Virus record (IMG/VR): IMGVR_UViG_3300044723_010558
DNA: 30,477 nt
Source: a virus
Strand: one strand, 5' to 3'
Shown: piece after piece, positions 1-9,345 of the stretch
Numbering within the stretch: position 1 is the stretch's first letter
Layout: each line of letters begins with the position of its first letter
Program-made: the position numbers and the translations under genes
The notes under the pieces: generated by a model
Told to the model about the DNA's origin: nothing
What the model saw: the letters and a program-made list of their open reading frames with translations, nothing else
Database searches by the model: none

Positions 1-2
1 AA

Positions 3-1799
3 TTATTAGTTAAAGAAAATGAGCAAAGAAATAAAACTCTAAATAATGAAAAAACAATAAACCAAGAAAAAATACGCATTGAGGAAATTAGAGCTCAAAA
101 CACAAAAGAAGAATTAGAAGCTCAAAGAGAAATATCTAGCATTCAGGCTCAAAGAAGAATTGCTGATGCGCAAATAGCAAAACAGCAAGCTGATGTTAAT
201 CTTGCTTTATCTAGAAGAGAATTTGGCTTAGATATGAGCGTTGGACTTACCGGCTCTCAAAGAATAAGAGAATCTCAATCTATTGCTGGAGCTAGGTTTA
301 GAGCTGATGTGGGTGATTTAAACGCAAAAGAACAAAGAGATTTAGAAAGATCTTTCACGGATCAAGAGCAAGCTATCGCCAAAGCAAGGCGTGAAACTTT
401 AGGGCAAGTTAGTCCGGGGGATGCAAATTATTCAGCAGCTTATAATGATTTTGTGGCAAGGCAAAAAGAAATCCTAGACAATGCTGAAGCAGAAAGAAAA
501 GAAATTGAATTACAAGCTGCGGCTAGCAGAGAGAAATTTAATGAAGACTATAGACAAACAAACGAAAAATTCTTAAGAGAACTTCAAAAGCGCGGTCCTA
601 GCGGTATAGGTCTTGGTCTTAAAGAAGGTATGGGGCAGGTTAAAGATGATCTAGAAACATTCCAGTATAGCATGACTAAAGAAATTCCTATCAAATTTAG
701 GGATGGTATGGCTTCTGCCATGGAAGCTACTTTAGACAAAACAAAAGATCTTAAAAGTGCTTTAACGGATGTTGCTATGGATTTTATGCGTATTATGCGC
801 CGACAAGCTTTAGAAAATATTGTTGGTGGAGTTATGACTTTAGGAGCTGTGCCATTTAAAAGCCAACGAGGTGGCGTTATAAAAGCTCAAAATGGCATGT
901 ATATTTCTGGTAGCCGTACCGGAGATAGAAACCCCGCTTTACTTGAAGATGGAGAATACGTTTTAAATAGAAATGCTGTTCGAGCGTTAGGTGGCCCTTC
1001 AGCAATTGATAGATTAAATTTTGGCATGGCTCCAAGATTTAAAGGCGGAGGAGCATTTTTAAACAAAAATGTTAATCTAAAAAGCAGTGGTCAAATGAGC
1101 AGCATGTATTATGCTAGCGATGATCCATTGCTGAAAGAAATGAGAGATGCTGCTATTGCTGCAGAGCAAAGAAGGCAAGAAAAGAAAGCTAAAAAAACAG
1201 CTTTAAGGAACATGATTATCCAAACTGCTGTTTCTGCTGTTATAGGATCTGCAGGAGCAGCAATGCAAGGTAAATTTGGAGGTGGAGCTTCTGGGGACAT
1301 ACCTGCTGAGCTACCAGAAGGCTATGCTGGCCCTCCTGTGCCAGCATCTGGTATGGGTCCGTATAAGACAGGTTATGTTAAGCAAGCTGGGGGATATATC
1401 TCTAGCGGTCCTAGAAATATAGATTCTATTCCTGCATTTATGGCTGGTGGAGAATTTGTAATGAATAATAGAGCTGTGCGTAAATATGGTCTTGGATTCA
1501 TGAGCCGCATTAACGGCGGGTATATACCGGGCTATCAAGAAGGAGGAAGCGTCGCAGAATCTGCTCAAAAATTAGGTTCTTCTGATTCTTCTAATACTAA
1601 TAATATTAGTATTAATATTAATATGGGATCAAGTGGAGAAGGCTCTAGCAGTACAGATGGTAATCAACAAAGTGGTTCCAACGATCAAAAAACAAAAGCC
1701 AAAGATTTATCAGAAAGAATTAAATCTGTTGTTCTTCAGGTTATCAATGAAGAGCAAAGAACTGGCGGCTCATTAAGTAAAACTAAAGTAGCAAAGTAA
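3..1799 (+). CDS. Tail tape measure protein, C-terminal part (5'-truncated by the window)
   Basis: The frame is open from position 3 (LLVKENEQRNKTLNNEK...) into the tracked ORF at 234. It is Ala/Gln/Glu/Arg-rich helical sequence and has two copies of the TMP C-terminal motif GG.I.G....D..PA....GE.V.N..AV (about 868-1050 and 1386-1555). It ends with a S/N-rich linker and the helix IKSVVLQVINEEQRTGGSL, and lies directly upstream of a lambda-like M/L/K/I/J block. Confidence 0.9.
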   Translation, partial: LLVKENEQRNKTLNNEKTINQEKIRIEEIRAQNTKEELEAQREISSIQAQRRIADAQIAKQQADVNLALSRREFGLDMSVGLTGSQRIRESQSIAGARFRADVGDLNAKEQRDLERSFTDQEQAIAKARRETLGQVSPGDANYSAAYNDFVARQKEILDNAEAERKEIELQAAASREKFNEDYRQTNEKFLRELQKRGPSGIGLGLKEGMGQVKDDLETFQYSMTKEIPIKFRDGMASAMEATLDKTKDLKSALTDVAMDFMRIMRRQALENIVGGVMTLGAVPFKSQRGGVIKAQNGMYISGSRTGDRNPALLEDGEYVLNRNAVRALGGPSAIDRLNFGMAPRFKGGGAFLNKNVNLKSSGQMSSMYYASDDPLLKEMRDAAIAAEQRRQEKKAKKTALRNMIIQTAVSAVIGSAGAAMQGKFGGGASGDIPAELPEGYAGPPVPASGMGPYKTGYVKQAGGYISSGPRNIDSIPAFMAGGEFVMNNRAVRKYGLGFMSRINGGYIPGYQEGGSVAESAQKLGSSDSSNTNNISININMGSSGEGSSSTDGNQQSGSNDQKTKAKDLSERIKSVVLQVINEEQRTGGSLSKTKVAK

Positions 1800-1800
1800 A

Positions 1801-2733
1801 ATGGCATATAACGCATCACCAAGTTACGAGCATATTTTTTATGTTGGCGGTACCGGGATCTCAGGTGTTACAGATCTTAGTATGAGCTACAGTGTAGCTC
1901 GTCGCCCTATTAACGTTCTTGGTGGTGGTCATATACAGCCTATTTTAGCTGAACCACCGCAAGGAGAAATATCTTTTACTAGAAATTATATTTATAATGA
2001 CCCTTTATTGGATTTGACAGGTGATTATGGTGTAGATGGATCTTTGATATATGCAACGGATTTAGATGAAAATTCAGGACAGGTAATAGGGTTCACATCT
2101 GGTTATTTAACAAATTATTCTATTTCTGCAGATGTGGGCTCTATACCTCAAGTTCGATGTACTTTTGTTGTGTTTGGGCAATTAGGTAGCGGCGTTAGAG
2201 GTGGAGAGTTAGACTACTCAGGAGTTCATACTTTACCGCATTTATGCTTTCTTAATCAAGATAATATAATTTTATCGGTTGATCAGAGCGATAGTAATAG
2301 AATTACTAAGTTTAGTCAAGAATATAATATAACAAGAACACCTGTTTATGATTTAAGAGAAAAAACAAGTCAAAACTATTATGCGCCAACACAGGTTATA
2401 ACTCAAACACCTGTAGAGTTATCAACCAATTTTACAATAGAAATAGATGATTATTATACAGCTAACATGATAGATAATGTTAGAAGTGGTGTATATAAAT
2501 CTTTGAGTGTAAATATAAGGTGTCCGATAGAAGAAGGCACATTAGATGGACTTTTAGATCATGATTCTGAGTTTATTAGAGATCATAATAATGCAATTAT
2601 ACAAGATGACGGCAGGGGAATCACGGCTTATGATGGAAACATACCAGCGTCTGGCAATTTAGTGTCAGAAAGTATAACTACATCTGTTGATGGGTTATTA
2701 GCAATCGATTTACAATTTAAAAACTTTATTTAA
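1801..2733 (+). CDS. Putative tail tube-fold / baseplate-proximal tail protein with two internal repeats
   Basis: Position directly after the TMP. Beta-rich. Both halves share a pattern S.SYS..R.P...LG / F..EYNITRTPVYDL ... S..L.NYSIS / SGNLVSESIT that resembles tail-tube folds. Similar in pattern to 4320..5135. Confidence 0.5.
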   Translation: MAYNASPSYEHIFYVGGTGISGVTDLSMSYSVARRPINVLGGGHIQPILAEPPQGEISFTRNYIYNDPLLDLTGDYGVDGSLIYATDLDENSGQVIGFTSGYLTNYSISADVGSIPQVRCTFVVFGQLGSGVRGGELDYSGVHTLPHLCFLNQDNIILSVDQSDSNRITKFSQEYNITRTPVYDLREKTSQNYYAPTQVITQTPVELSTNFTIEIDDYYTANMIDNVRSGVYKSLSVNIRCPIEEGTLDGLLDHDSEFIRDHNNAIIQDDGRGITAYDGNIPASGNLVSESITTSVDGLLAIDLQFKNFI

Positions 2734-2736
2734 AAA

Positions 2737-4320
2737 ATGCCAAAAATACTAGACTACAATACATTAACGACAACAGCAGGTTGTAATGTGCTATTTATAG
2801 GAGATAAAAATTCTTCTATAACTAACCCTGAAATTAAAAACATCACTGTTGAAAATTTATTTAAGCGAGAGACATTTTACGCACTCAACGCAAACGGCAT
2901 TACGTTTTACGATGATGGCAGTAATGTGTCTTTATTTATCAAAGATGGTGGAAACATTGGTATTGGTGGCACAACAGCAAATTATGCGCTGCAAGTAAAT
3001 GGAACATTTCATGTAACAGGAGGTATTTATGATACTGGCGGCAGTGCTGGTACTACAGGTAAGTTTTTAAAAGTAACAGGTACAGACACTTACGCTTGGA
3101 CTAACATAACAACATCTGATATTGGAGGTGGAGGATTATTATCTGGAGGGGTAGCAAATTACATTCCTAAATGGTCAGACTCAACAACTTTGACAAATAG
3201 TGTTATTTATGAAAGTTCGTCAAAAATAGGAATAGGTTTAATAACGCCGGGAGCTACTTTTCATATGGTAAGTGTGCTGAGTGGGTCAGACGCTATTGTG
3301 CAAAATAGTACTAGTGGGTCTGTGATAGAATTAAGAAGAGACTCAGGGTCATCCACCACAAACAGTTTGTATATTTCTAATACAAGTTCTGGAGGATTTA
3401 GTTTGGGAAATGCTAATACTGGAGGAGCGTCTAATATTAATTTTAATGCTTCTGGTCAGTTAGGAGTTAAAACGACAAACTTTGATGCTGCTTTAAATGT
3501 TTCAGAAACAAATAATGGACTTATTGGAGATTTTTATAGTAATAATTCTAGTGGTTCGTGGATATATTTCAAGAACACGGACAGTAATGCTTATTCTAAT
3601 GTTTTAAGTTATTCTAATTGTCAAAGTAGTACACAAAGAGTTAATTGGATAACGGGAACATTTAAAAATGGGAGCAATCAATACTTTGGAATTCATCATA
3701 AAACGGCTCAACTTAATGCTTCAAATGCTGTGTTTGACAATACTACAGTTTGTAACAATTTGTTTTATGTTGATACTGGGGGGTGTGCATATTTAGCTCA
3801 TGGCATCAACACTCATAACAAAACTAATTCTGGGCATAATACCGGGAGATTTGTCCAAGTTTTTACTCATCCATTAAAATGTTTCAATAATACGGGTATT
3901 ACGGCTTATATGCCAGCTATAAATATAGATCCTAGAATCGATTCTTATTCTGCTATTACTGATCCAAATAGTGGCAATCCTTACCCTGAAACTTCTGATG
4001 AAATTGCGAAATCAGTTATGCCTTATGCGGGTAAATTAATAGCAGCTTATGGAAATTTCAACGTAGATGCTACTGCGCAAGGTGCGACTTGTTTGTCTTT
4101 TGAGTCTAGCAATAATGGTGTTAATGCTGGTTACTTAACAGCATCTTTTGATAGTGCTTCAGCTTCTGATAATTGCATTTTAACTTTTAGTATTGATAGC
4201 TCTTCAGAATCTTACCTTGAATTTACTGCTGAATCAACAGCCACCATAGCATGGTGCGCTCCAAGTGGTAGATATAATGGAGCCAGTCTTACTTTTGTTT
4301 ATGAATTCGATATAACCTAA
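2737..4320 (+). CDS. Tail fibre / receptor-binding-like protein
   Basis: N-terminal KILDY...LFIGD...KNITVENL anchor-like segment. It has fibre linker modules GNIGIGGTTANYALQVNG and YIPKWSDSTTLTNSVIYESSSKIGIG that recur in the giant fibre, a N/S/T/G-rich beta shaft, and a C-terminal beta-sandwich-like domain. Confidence 0.65.
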   Translation: MPKILDYNTLTTTAGCNVLFIGDKNSSITNPEIKNITVENLFKRETFYALNANGITFYDDGSNVSLFIKDGGNIGIGGTTANYALQVNGTFHVTGGIYDTGGSAGTTGKFLKVTGTDTYAWTNITTSDIGGGGLLSGGVANYIPKWSDSTTLTNSVIYESSSKIGIGLITPGATFHMVSVLSGSDAIVQNSTSGSVIELRRDSGSSTTNSLYISNTSSGGFSLGNANTGGASNINFNASGQLGVKTTNFDAALNVSETNNGLIGDFYSNNSSGSWIYFKNTDSNAYSNVLSYSNCQSSTQRVNWITGTFKNGSNQYFGIHHKTAQLNASNAVFDNTTVCNNLFYVDTGGCAYLAHGINTHNKTNSGHNTGRFVQVFTHPLKCFNNTGITAYMPAINIDPRIDSYSAITDPNSGNPYPETSDEIAKSVMPYAGKLIAAYGNFNVDATAQGATCLSFESSNNGVNAGYLTASFDSASASDNCILTFSIDSSSESYLEFTAESTATIAWCAPSGRYNGASLTFVYEFDIT

Positions 4321-5135
4321 TGGCAACAAAATTTATAAAATACGAAAAAGCGTTACTTAAGATAGCAAACACCAGTATTTTTGCTGAGAATGCTACTTTA
4401 TCTTTTAGCGCTTCTTTAGAGCCAGTTACAGATGTGACGGGTTCTGTTATTCGTTATGCGCCACAAGGGCCAACAAAAGGTACATTAAGTTTTTCTCATT
4501 ATTGTACAGGTGATTTTCATGATTTTTTAAATCCTTTGACAGCTATAGAACATACCGGAGAAGCTTTTAATGGATCTTTTGCAGGTCTTAGTTTTGAAAG
4601 CGGATTTGTTAGATCTTTGAGTTTTTCTGTGGCTCCATTTCAACCTATTTTATTTCAATCAGAAATAGATTTGTACGGATCTTTAGGGTCTTTAAATGAC
4701 AATGGTAGATCAGATTCAGACTTTGAATCTTACAGTTCTATTCAAGAAGAAGTTCCAATTGGTCATGGTTTAAGATCGTTTTTAGCTGGAGATGATATTG
4801 GTATAAACAAACAGATGTCTTTTGATTATTCTGTAAAAGCAGATAGAAATCCTGTAGTAACAATTGGCAATGAGGTTCCTTACAGGGTGACAAAAGAAAA
4901 TGTTATTATCAATATGTCTGTAAAAGGCGAAGATTTTGGAAATGCAATATCTTTTACTGGTACTAATGCGGGAGTCGTAATTAAAATTTATGATGTGTAT
5001 GGAGAGTCGCCATTGACAGAATTTGGTTGCACAGGTCAAATTTATCAAAATGATTTGTCTGCAGCAGCTAACGGGTTTATGGAAGGTTCTCTTTCTGTTT
5101 CGCAAGAATATTTAACAGGTAAGGCTGCTGTATGA
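4320..5135 (+). CDS. Putative tail tube-fold protein with two internal repeats (probable paralog of 1801..2733)
   Basis: TAATG overlap with the upstream gene. The N-half TLSFSASLEPVTDV...PQGPTKGTLSFS...FESGFVRSLSFSV parallels DLSMSYSVARRPINV...PPQGEISFT...FTSGYLTNYSISA of ORF 1801. The C-half repeats the pattern (FDYSVKADRNPVVTIG). Confidence 0.5.
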   Translation: MATKFIKYEKALLKIANTSIFAENATLSFSASLEPVTDVTGSVIRYAPQGPTKGTLSFSHYCTGDFHDFLNPLTAIEHTGEAFNGSFAGLSFESGFVRSLSFSVAPFQPILFQSEIDLYGSLGSLNDNGRSDSDFESYSSIQEEVPIGHGLRSFLAGDDIGINKQMSFDYSVKADRNPVVTIGNEVPYRVTKENVIINMSVKGEDFGNAISFTGTNAGVVIKIYDVYGESPLTEFGCTGQIYQNDLSAAANGFMEGSLSVSQEYLTGKAAV

Positions 5136-6316
5136 TTTTAAATTCTGGAGAAACAAATATAGCTAACGTATCAGCTTTTGAGCTTGGAAATTCTTATTCT
5201 AAATTTGATATTGTATATTATAGTGGCTACACAACTGGTAGCACAGAATATCCTGCTGCACAAAATGTATCAGGACACTATTATTATACTGGTGCAGCGG
5301 CATCTTCAACAATACACAATACTCCTACCGGTGATAATAGCCCGTGGACAAATAAGTTTTTTAACGAAGTATCTTATGGAGCTTCTGTTGAGTTTAAAAA
5401 TCATTACTATGATATCAACTATGGAGATGGGTATTTCAACCATTTAAATAAGTCTGAAAATGCAATAAAAGCAAAATTTAATATACCTCTCAGTAAAAGA
5501 TCAGATAAAGAAGCTAAAGCTGTTATTCATTTACTTGAAGACTCATTTAATAAGGGGGCTAAGCCAAGTGGTGGTTACACAGGTATATACTGGACTCCAT
5601 TTGAGCCATACAATCAAGAGTTAGAATTTTTTGTAGAAACATTTGATAACTCTTTAGAATATCCTGATGTTAATAATATTGGCTTAGCATTGCATAATGA
5701 AGATAGATCCACAACAGACTGGAAAGATTTTTATATTCCATTTAGTAATACGAGTGGATTTTGGGCCGCAGGAAACACATACTCAAAAGATGATATTGTG
5801 TATGGCAGCGGAACTAATTTCACAATAGCAACTTCTGGATGGTATTATTACACAGGAGATGCAGAAACTACAGCGACAAATGACAATGGCCCAATAGGTA
5901 ACAATACACTATGGACTAAAAAACAATTTTATTGGCCAATAAATAAAGGCATATCTTTTAATGAAGCGCCAAGATTTTACAAGCAAAATTTTCAAAATGA
6001 TTATTTAGTAAGAGTAGAAGATGGATTAAATAAATCTTTATTGAATTTAGATATAACATTCACAAGCAGGTCAGACAAAGAAGCTAAAGCTATTCTACAT
6101 TTTTTAGAGAAGCACAGAGGTTATGATCAATTTTTATTTACTCCTCCAGCTCCATACAATAAAACAAAAGCGTTTTTATGTACATCATGGACTCACACTT
6201 TAAAATTCAAAGATAATAATGATATATCAGTAAAGTTTAAACAACAGCCTATAGATTATACTTCTTATGAAGTAGATTTTTTAAATTTAATTACAATTGA
6301 TCCTTTCTTATCATGA
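5132..6316 (+). CDS. gpM: Distal tail protein: two tandem lambda gpM-like domains, each preceded by a small aromatic module
   Basis: Both halves match lambda gpM motifs (FGDGY..R...GLN; FLEEHGG.KSFLWTPP; TC..W). Copy 1: YGDGYFNHLNKSEN...GGYTGIYWTPFEPY. Copy 2: FQNDYLVRVEDGLNK...FLEKHRGYDQFLFTPPAPY...LCTSW. The peptide RSDKEAKA is identical in both copies, 570 nt apart (5498 and 6068). Confidence 0.8.
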   Translation: MILNSGETNIANVSAFELGNSYSKFDIVYYSGYTTGSTEYPAAQNVSGHYYYTGAAASSTIHNTPTGDNSPWTNKFFNEVSYGASVEFKNHYYDINYGDGYFNHLNKSENAIKAKFNIPLSKRSDKEAKAVIHLLEDSFNKGAKPSGGYTGIYWTPFEPYNQELEFFVETFDNSLEYPDVNNIGLALHNEDRSTTDWKDFYIPFSNTSGFWAAGNTYSKDDIVYGSGTNFTIATSGWYYYTGDAETTATNDNGPIGNNTLWTKKQFYWPINKGISFNEAPRFYKQNFQNDYLVRVEDGLNKSLLNLDITFTSRSDKEAKAILHFLEKHRGYDQFLFTPPAPYNKTKAFLCTSWTHTLKFKDNNDISVKFKQQPIDYTSYEVDFLNLITIDPFLS

Positions 6317-9300
6317 GTATACCTACAGCAGTCACACAAAGAGCAGAAGGCACCGGTTACATTGGAGTAACTGGGATGGAGTTTGCTGTGCAAACAGGTT
6401 TTGCAATACGCACGGGTTTTTATTTAACAAATAGCGGAACAACATCTGTAAGAATGACATTAGAGCTGGATAGCTCTGCCCATAACTTTGATCAAACTTA
6501 TGATTTTATAAGTGGAACTTATGATGTGAATGATGATAGAAGAGTAACTATATTAGCTGGATCTACTAAATTCATTCCTTTTGATTTTTATGGCTTAAAG
6601 TCTACATCAGGTCCTCAATCCCCAATTACTGGTCCAGCAGGAACTGGTTCTTATAACACAGCAATAAATTTGAGTTTTATATCAGAAATAGATGGAACTC
6701 AAGATCGTACTTATTATGCTGGTCAACCTGAATTAGGCGTTATACGGGTCAATTTAACAGGATATGTAACAGGTCATTTTGGTAGTACATCAGAATTAAC
6801 TCCAGCTCATCCTCAGAAATTTTTAGGAATAACCGGACAAAAAGATGATTTTGGTGTTTATTATCATGATCTAAGATGGGTCAATCCTCCGACGGGTTAT
6901 TATTTTGAAAAATACAAAATAGAAAGATCTACTGATGCTACTCAAAATTGGAGCGCATTAACAACGATAGAAATACCAAAAATAGATCGCCCAACAACAT
7001 TGCCTCCTGCTGTGGGTGGAACGTATTTAAATTCTTTTTACTATGGTACTCCTACGGGAATTGATGGTTATAATACATATTCTGATACTAATTTAACAGC
7101 AAGCACAGATTACTACTACAGAATAAGAGGAGAGCATTATGACAGTTCAAACACTAGCACTTTAATTTCTTATTCTGACTGGGTTTATTGTAGTGGTGTA
7201 GACTCATTTTCTCAAAGTGTTAGTAATGATGTTTTAACAGGTTTAGTTTCCGGGTCTACTAATTTAGAGCCCGGAGATAATCCTGATCCCACAATAAAAT
7301 TGTCAACTGCTGAAAAAGGCGCACTGGAAATATATTTACAAGATGGTGAGTCAAATGTAATTTTAAAAGACAGATTTGAAACAGAAATCAACAAAAGAAA
7401 TATAAGTAAATCAAATTTCTTAGATTATTACACTGGTGTTCATTTTATTATTGATGAAAATAGCACTATTGGTTCTAGTAAATATGAACAATTACTTAGT
7501 AATAGTCCGAAAATTCCAGCCCCAGCTATAAAAACAGGGGCAGTGGTTAATGTTGGTCCTAGTTTAGGTTCGGAGTTACAGATGAATCTGTATTTAAAAA
7601 ACAATGCTAAAATAATTGGCCTTGGTGGTGTAGGGGGTAATGCTGGAATAGCTAAAGTAGTATGGACCGACTCTCCTTCTTCTGGTGGCGGTATTAGTTT
7701 TGATATTCAACCAGCGCAATACGGAAAAAGTACAGACGGTGGTGTAGGGGGGAATGCTATTGAGATAGCTAGCGGTATAAATAATTTTAGAATATATTTA
7801 CCAAGCATTTTTAGTATTTATGCTGGAGGAGGTGGAGGTGGAGGTGGGGATAGGCTTTTTGCGGCTAGAGCTGCTTCTCAGGTTAGACAAGCAAAGCAAG
7901 ACAGGGACATTGATCTAAATACACCAGTTTATTTGACAAAATCTGAAAATAAAATAATACTTGATATTAATGCTGGTGGAAAAAATTCTTTGCTCGCAGA
8001 ATTTGATTTTAGTGATTTTGCTGGAATCCAAACTGCTGGATTTGGTGGTGGTGGGCAAGGATCATTTAAGTCTGATCCCGGCTCAACTTATCAACAGGGC
8101 ATAAACACTTACCAGAAAACAGCATGGAACGAAACAAATAAAGGTAATACACAAAGAGCTGGAGCTGGCAGGTCATTCAACTTAAATTATCAAATTTCGC
8201 AGGGGGGTGCAGGAGGTGCTTTTGGTCAATATGGAGATAGGGCACCAGACAGCTCTTTTGATGATGGTTTATTTACGGTAATTAGTAGCACAAGTAATGA
8301 CGAAGTAGGGAAATTAGGAGGTCGAGGAGGATTTGCTGTTAAATCAGCTAGTAGCGCATACACAACAAGTAACTTAATTGGTGCATTGTTTTTTCCTAAT
8401 TCAGATTTTCAACCTGAAAATATCGGTAATTTTATAGCGAGATGGGATGCTAGCACAACGGTTTATAACACCGGAACAACTGATGCCACAAATGGGCAAG
8501 ATGTGGAAACGTGGGTAGCTGCTGCGAAAAATTCTGCGCTTTCTGCTGTTGCTGTTCAGATTGTTGGTGATGCTACTAATAAACCAAAATTTTACAATGT
8601 CGCTGCTAGTGACAATGCAGTATCCCGCTTCAATGGAAAGCCATGTATACAATTTGACAATTTAGCTTCTGCAGTTATAAATGGAATTTATAACAATTCA
8701 ACAGATTATACTTTAACTAATAATACCGAAGCATTTGATATATTTTATTTAGTTTTTCCAGATTCATTTGGCTCCAAAAGGCAATTTAATGCGGATAATA
8801 AAAAAATCCGCAGCCAGAATCTGAGTTTTACTAAGTTTAATAGTAATAATAATGTCAGTTATTTATATAACGCGAGTAGCGAGATTAAAGAATCCACCGG
8901 TATGCCGAATAGAGGAAATAATTACTCTGTGGAAACTAGTACTTCTGAAAATGCAGATGAATTAATGCCATCATATGCTTTTGTTTATAATGTTGCTGCA
9001 TCAAAAGATGGAAGAAAATTAGTTTATAAAAGCTTTATAAATAATATAAGCAAGGGAGCCAAAGAATTATCAAATCAAGAATCTTTCAAATTTGATATAA
9101 ATCCAATAATTGGCGCAAATAATGGAACATCAAGTTTTAGTGTATCAGATATTATTATTTATAATAAACAGTTAAAAAATGAAGAAAGGAATGCCGTTTA
9201 TTTGTATCTTAGACAAAGAGCTATGATGAATATAAATATAATAACTACAGAGGATATTGATACTACAACTTCTAATAATAAAGTGGAAGATGAAACGGGA

Positions 9301-9330
9301 TTCGCAGGTTACTTTAAGCTAACATCATAA
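6313..9330 (+). CDS. Multi-domain tail adhesin: Ig/ASH-like + FN3 + glycine-rich (gp38-like) + LamG/ConA-like
   Basis: N-terminal LTNSG...TILAGS...F...GSY...L...VNLTG Ig-like pattern. FN3 signature LRW.NP...YKIERS...Y.D..L...TDYYYRIR. Glycine-rich motifs IIGLGGVGGNAG, GGVGGNAI, IYAGGGGGGGG, GGAGGAFG, GGRGG. C-terminal RWDAS...V.TW...P.F...NG.P.IQFD...SDIIIYN..L...ER..V..YL pattern typical of LamG-like domains. Confidence 0.65.
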   Translation: MSIPTAVTQRAEGTGYIGVTGMEFAVQTGFAIRTGFYLTNSGTTSVRMTLELDSSAHNFDQTYDFISGTYDVNDDRRVTILAGSTKFIPFDFYGLKSTSGPQSPITGPAGTGSYNTAINLSFISEIDGTQDRTYYAGQPELGVIRVNLTGYVTGHFGSTSELTPAHPQKFLGITGQKDDFGVYYHDLRWVNPPTGYYFEKYKIERSTDATQNWSALTTIEIPKIDRPTTLPPAVGGTYLNSFYYGTPTGIDGYNTYSDTNLTASTDYYYRIRGEHYDSSNTSTLISYSDWVYCSGVDSFSQSVSNDVLTGLVSGSTNLEPGDNPDPTIKLSTAEKGALEIYLQDGESNVILKDRFETEINKRNISKSNFLDYYTGVHFIIDENSTIGSSKYEQLLSNSPKIPAPAIKTGAVVNVGPSLGSELQMNLYLKNNAKIIGLGGVGGNAGIAKVVWTDSPSSGGGISFDIQPAQYGKSTDGGVGGNAIEIASGINNFRIYLPSIFSIYAGGGGGGGGDRLFAARAASQVRQAKQDRDIDLNTPVYLTKSENKIILDINAGGKNSLLAEFDFSDFAGIQTAGFGGGGQGSFKSDPGSTYQQGINTYQKTAWNETNKGNTQRAGAGRSFNLNYQISQGGAGGAFGQYGDRAPDSSFDDGLFTVISSTSNDEVGKLGGRGGFAVKSASSAYTTSNLIGALFFPNSDFQPENIGNFIARWDASTTVYNTGTTDATNGQDVETWVAAAKNSALSAVAVQIVGDATNKPKFYNVAASDNAVSRFNGKPCIQFDNLASAVINGIYNNSTDYTLTNNTEAFDIFYLVFPDSFGSKRQFNADNKKIRSQNLSFTKFNSNNNVSYLYNASSEIKESTGMPNRGNNYSVETSTSENADELMPSYAFVYNVAASKDGRKLVYKSFINNISKGAKELSNQESFKFDINPIIGANNGTSSFSVSDIIIYNKQLKNEERNAVYLYLRQRAMMNINIITTEDIDTTTSNNKVEDETGFAGYFKLTS

Positions 9331-9345
9331 AATAAAAAATAAATC

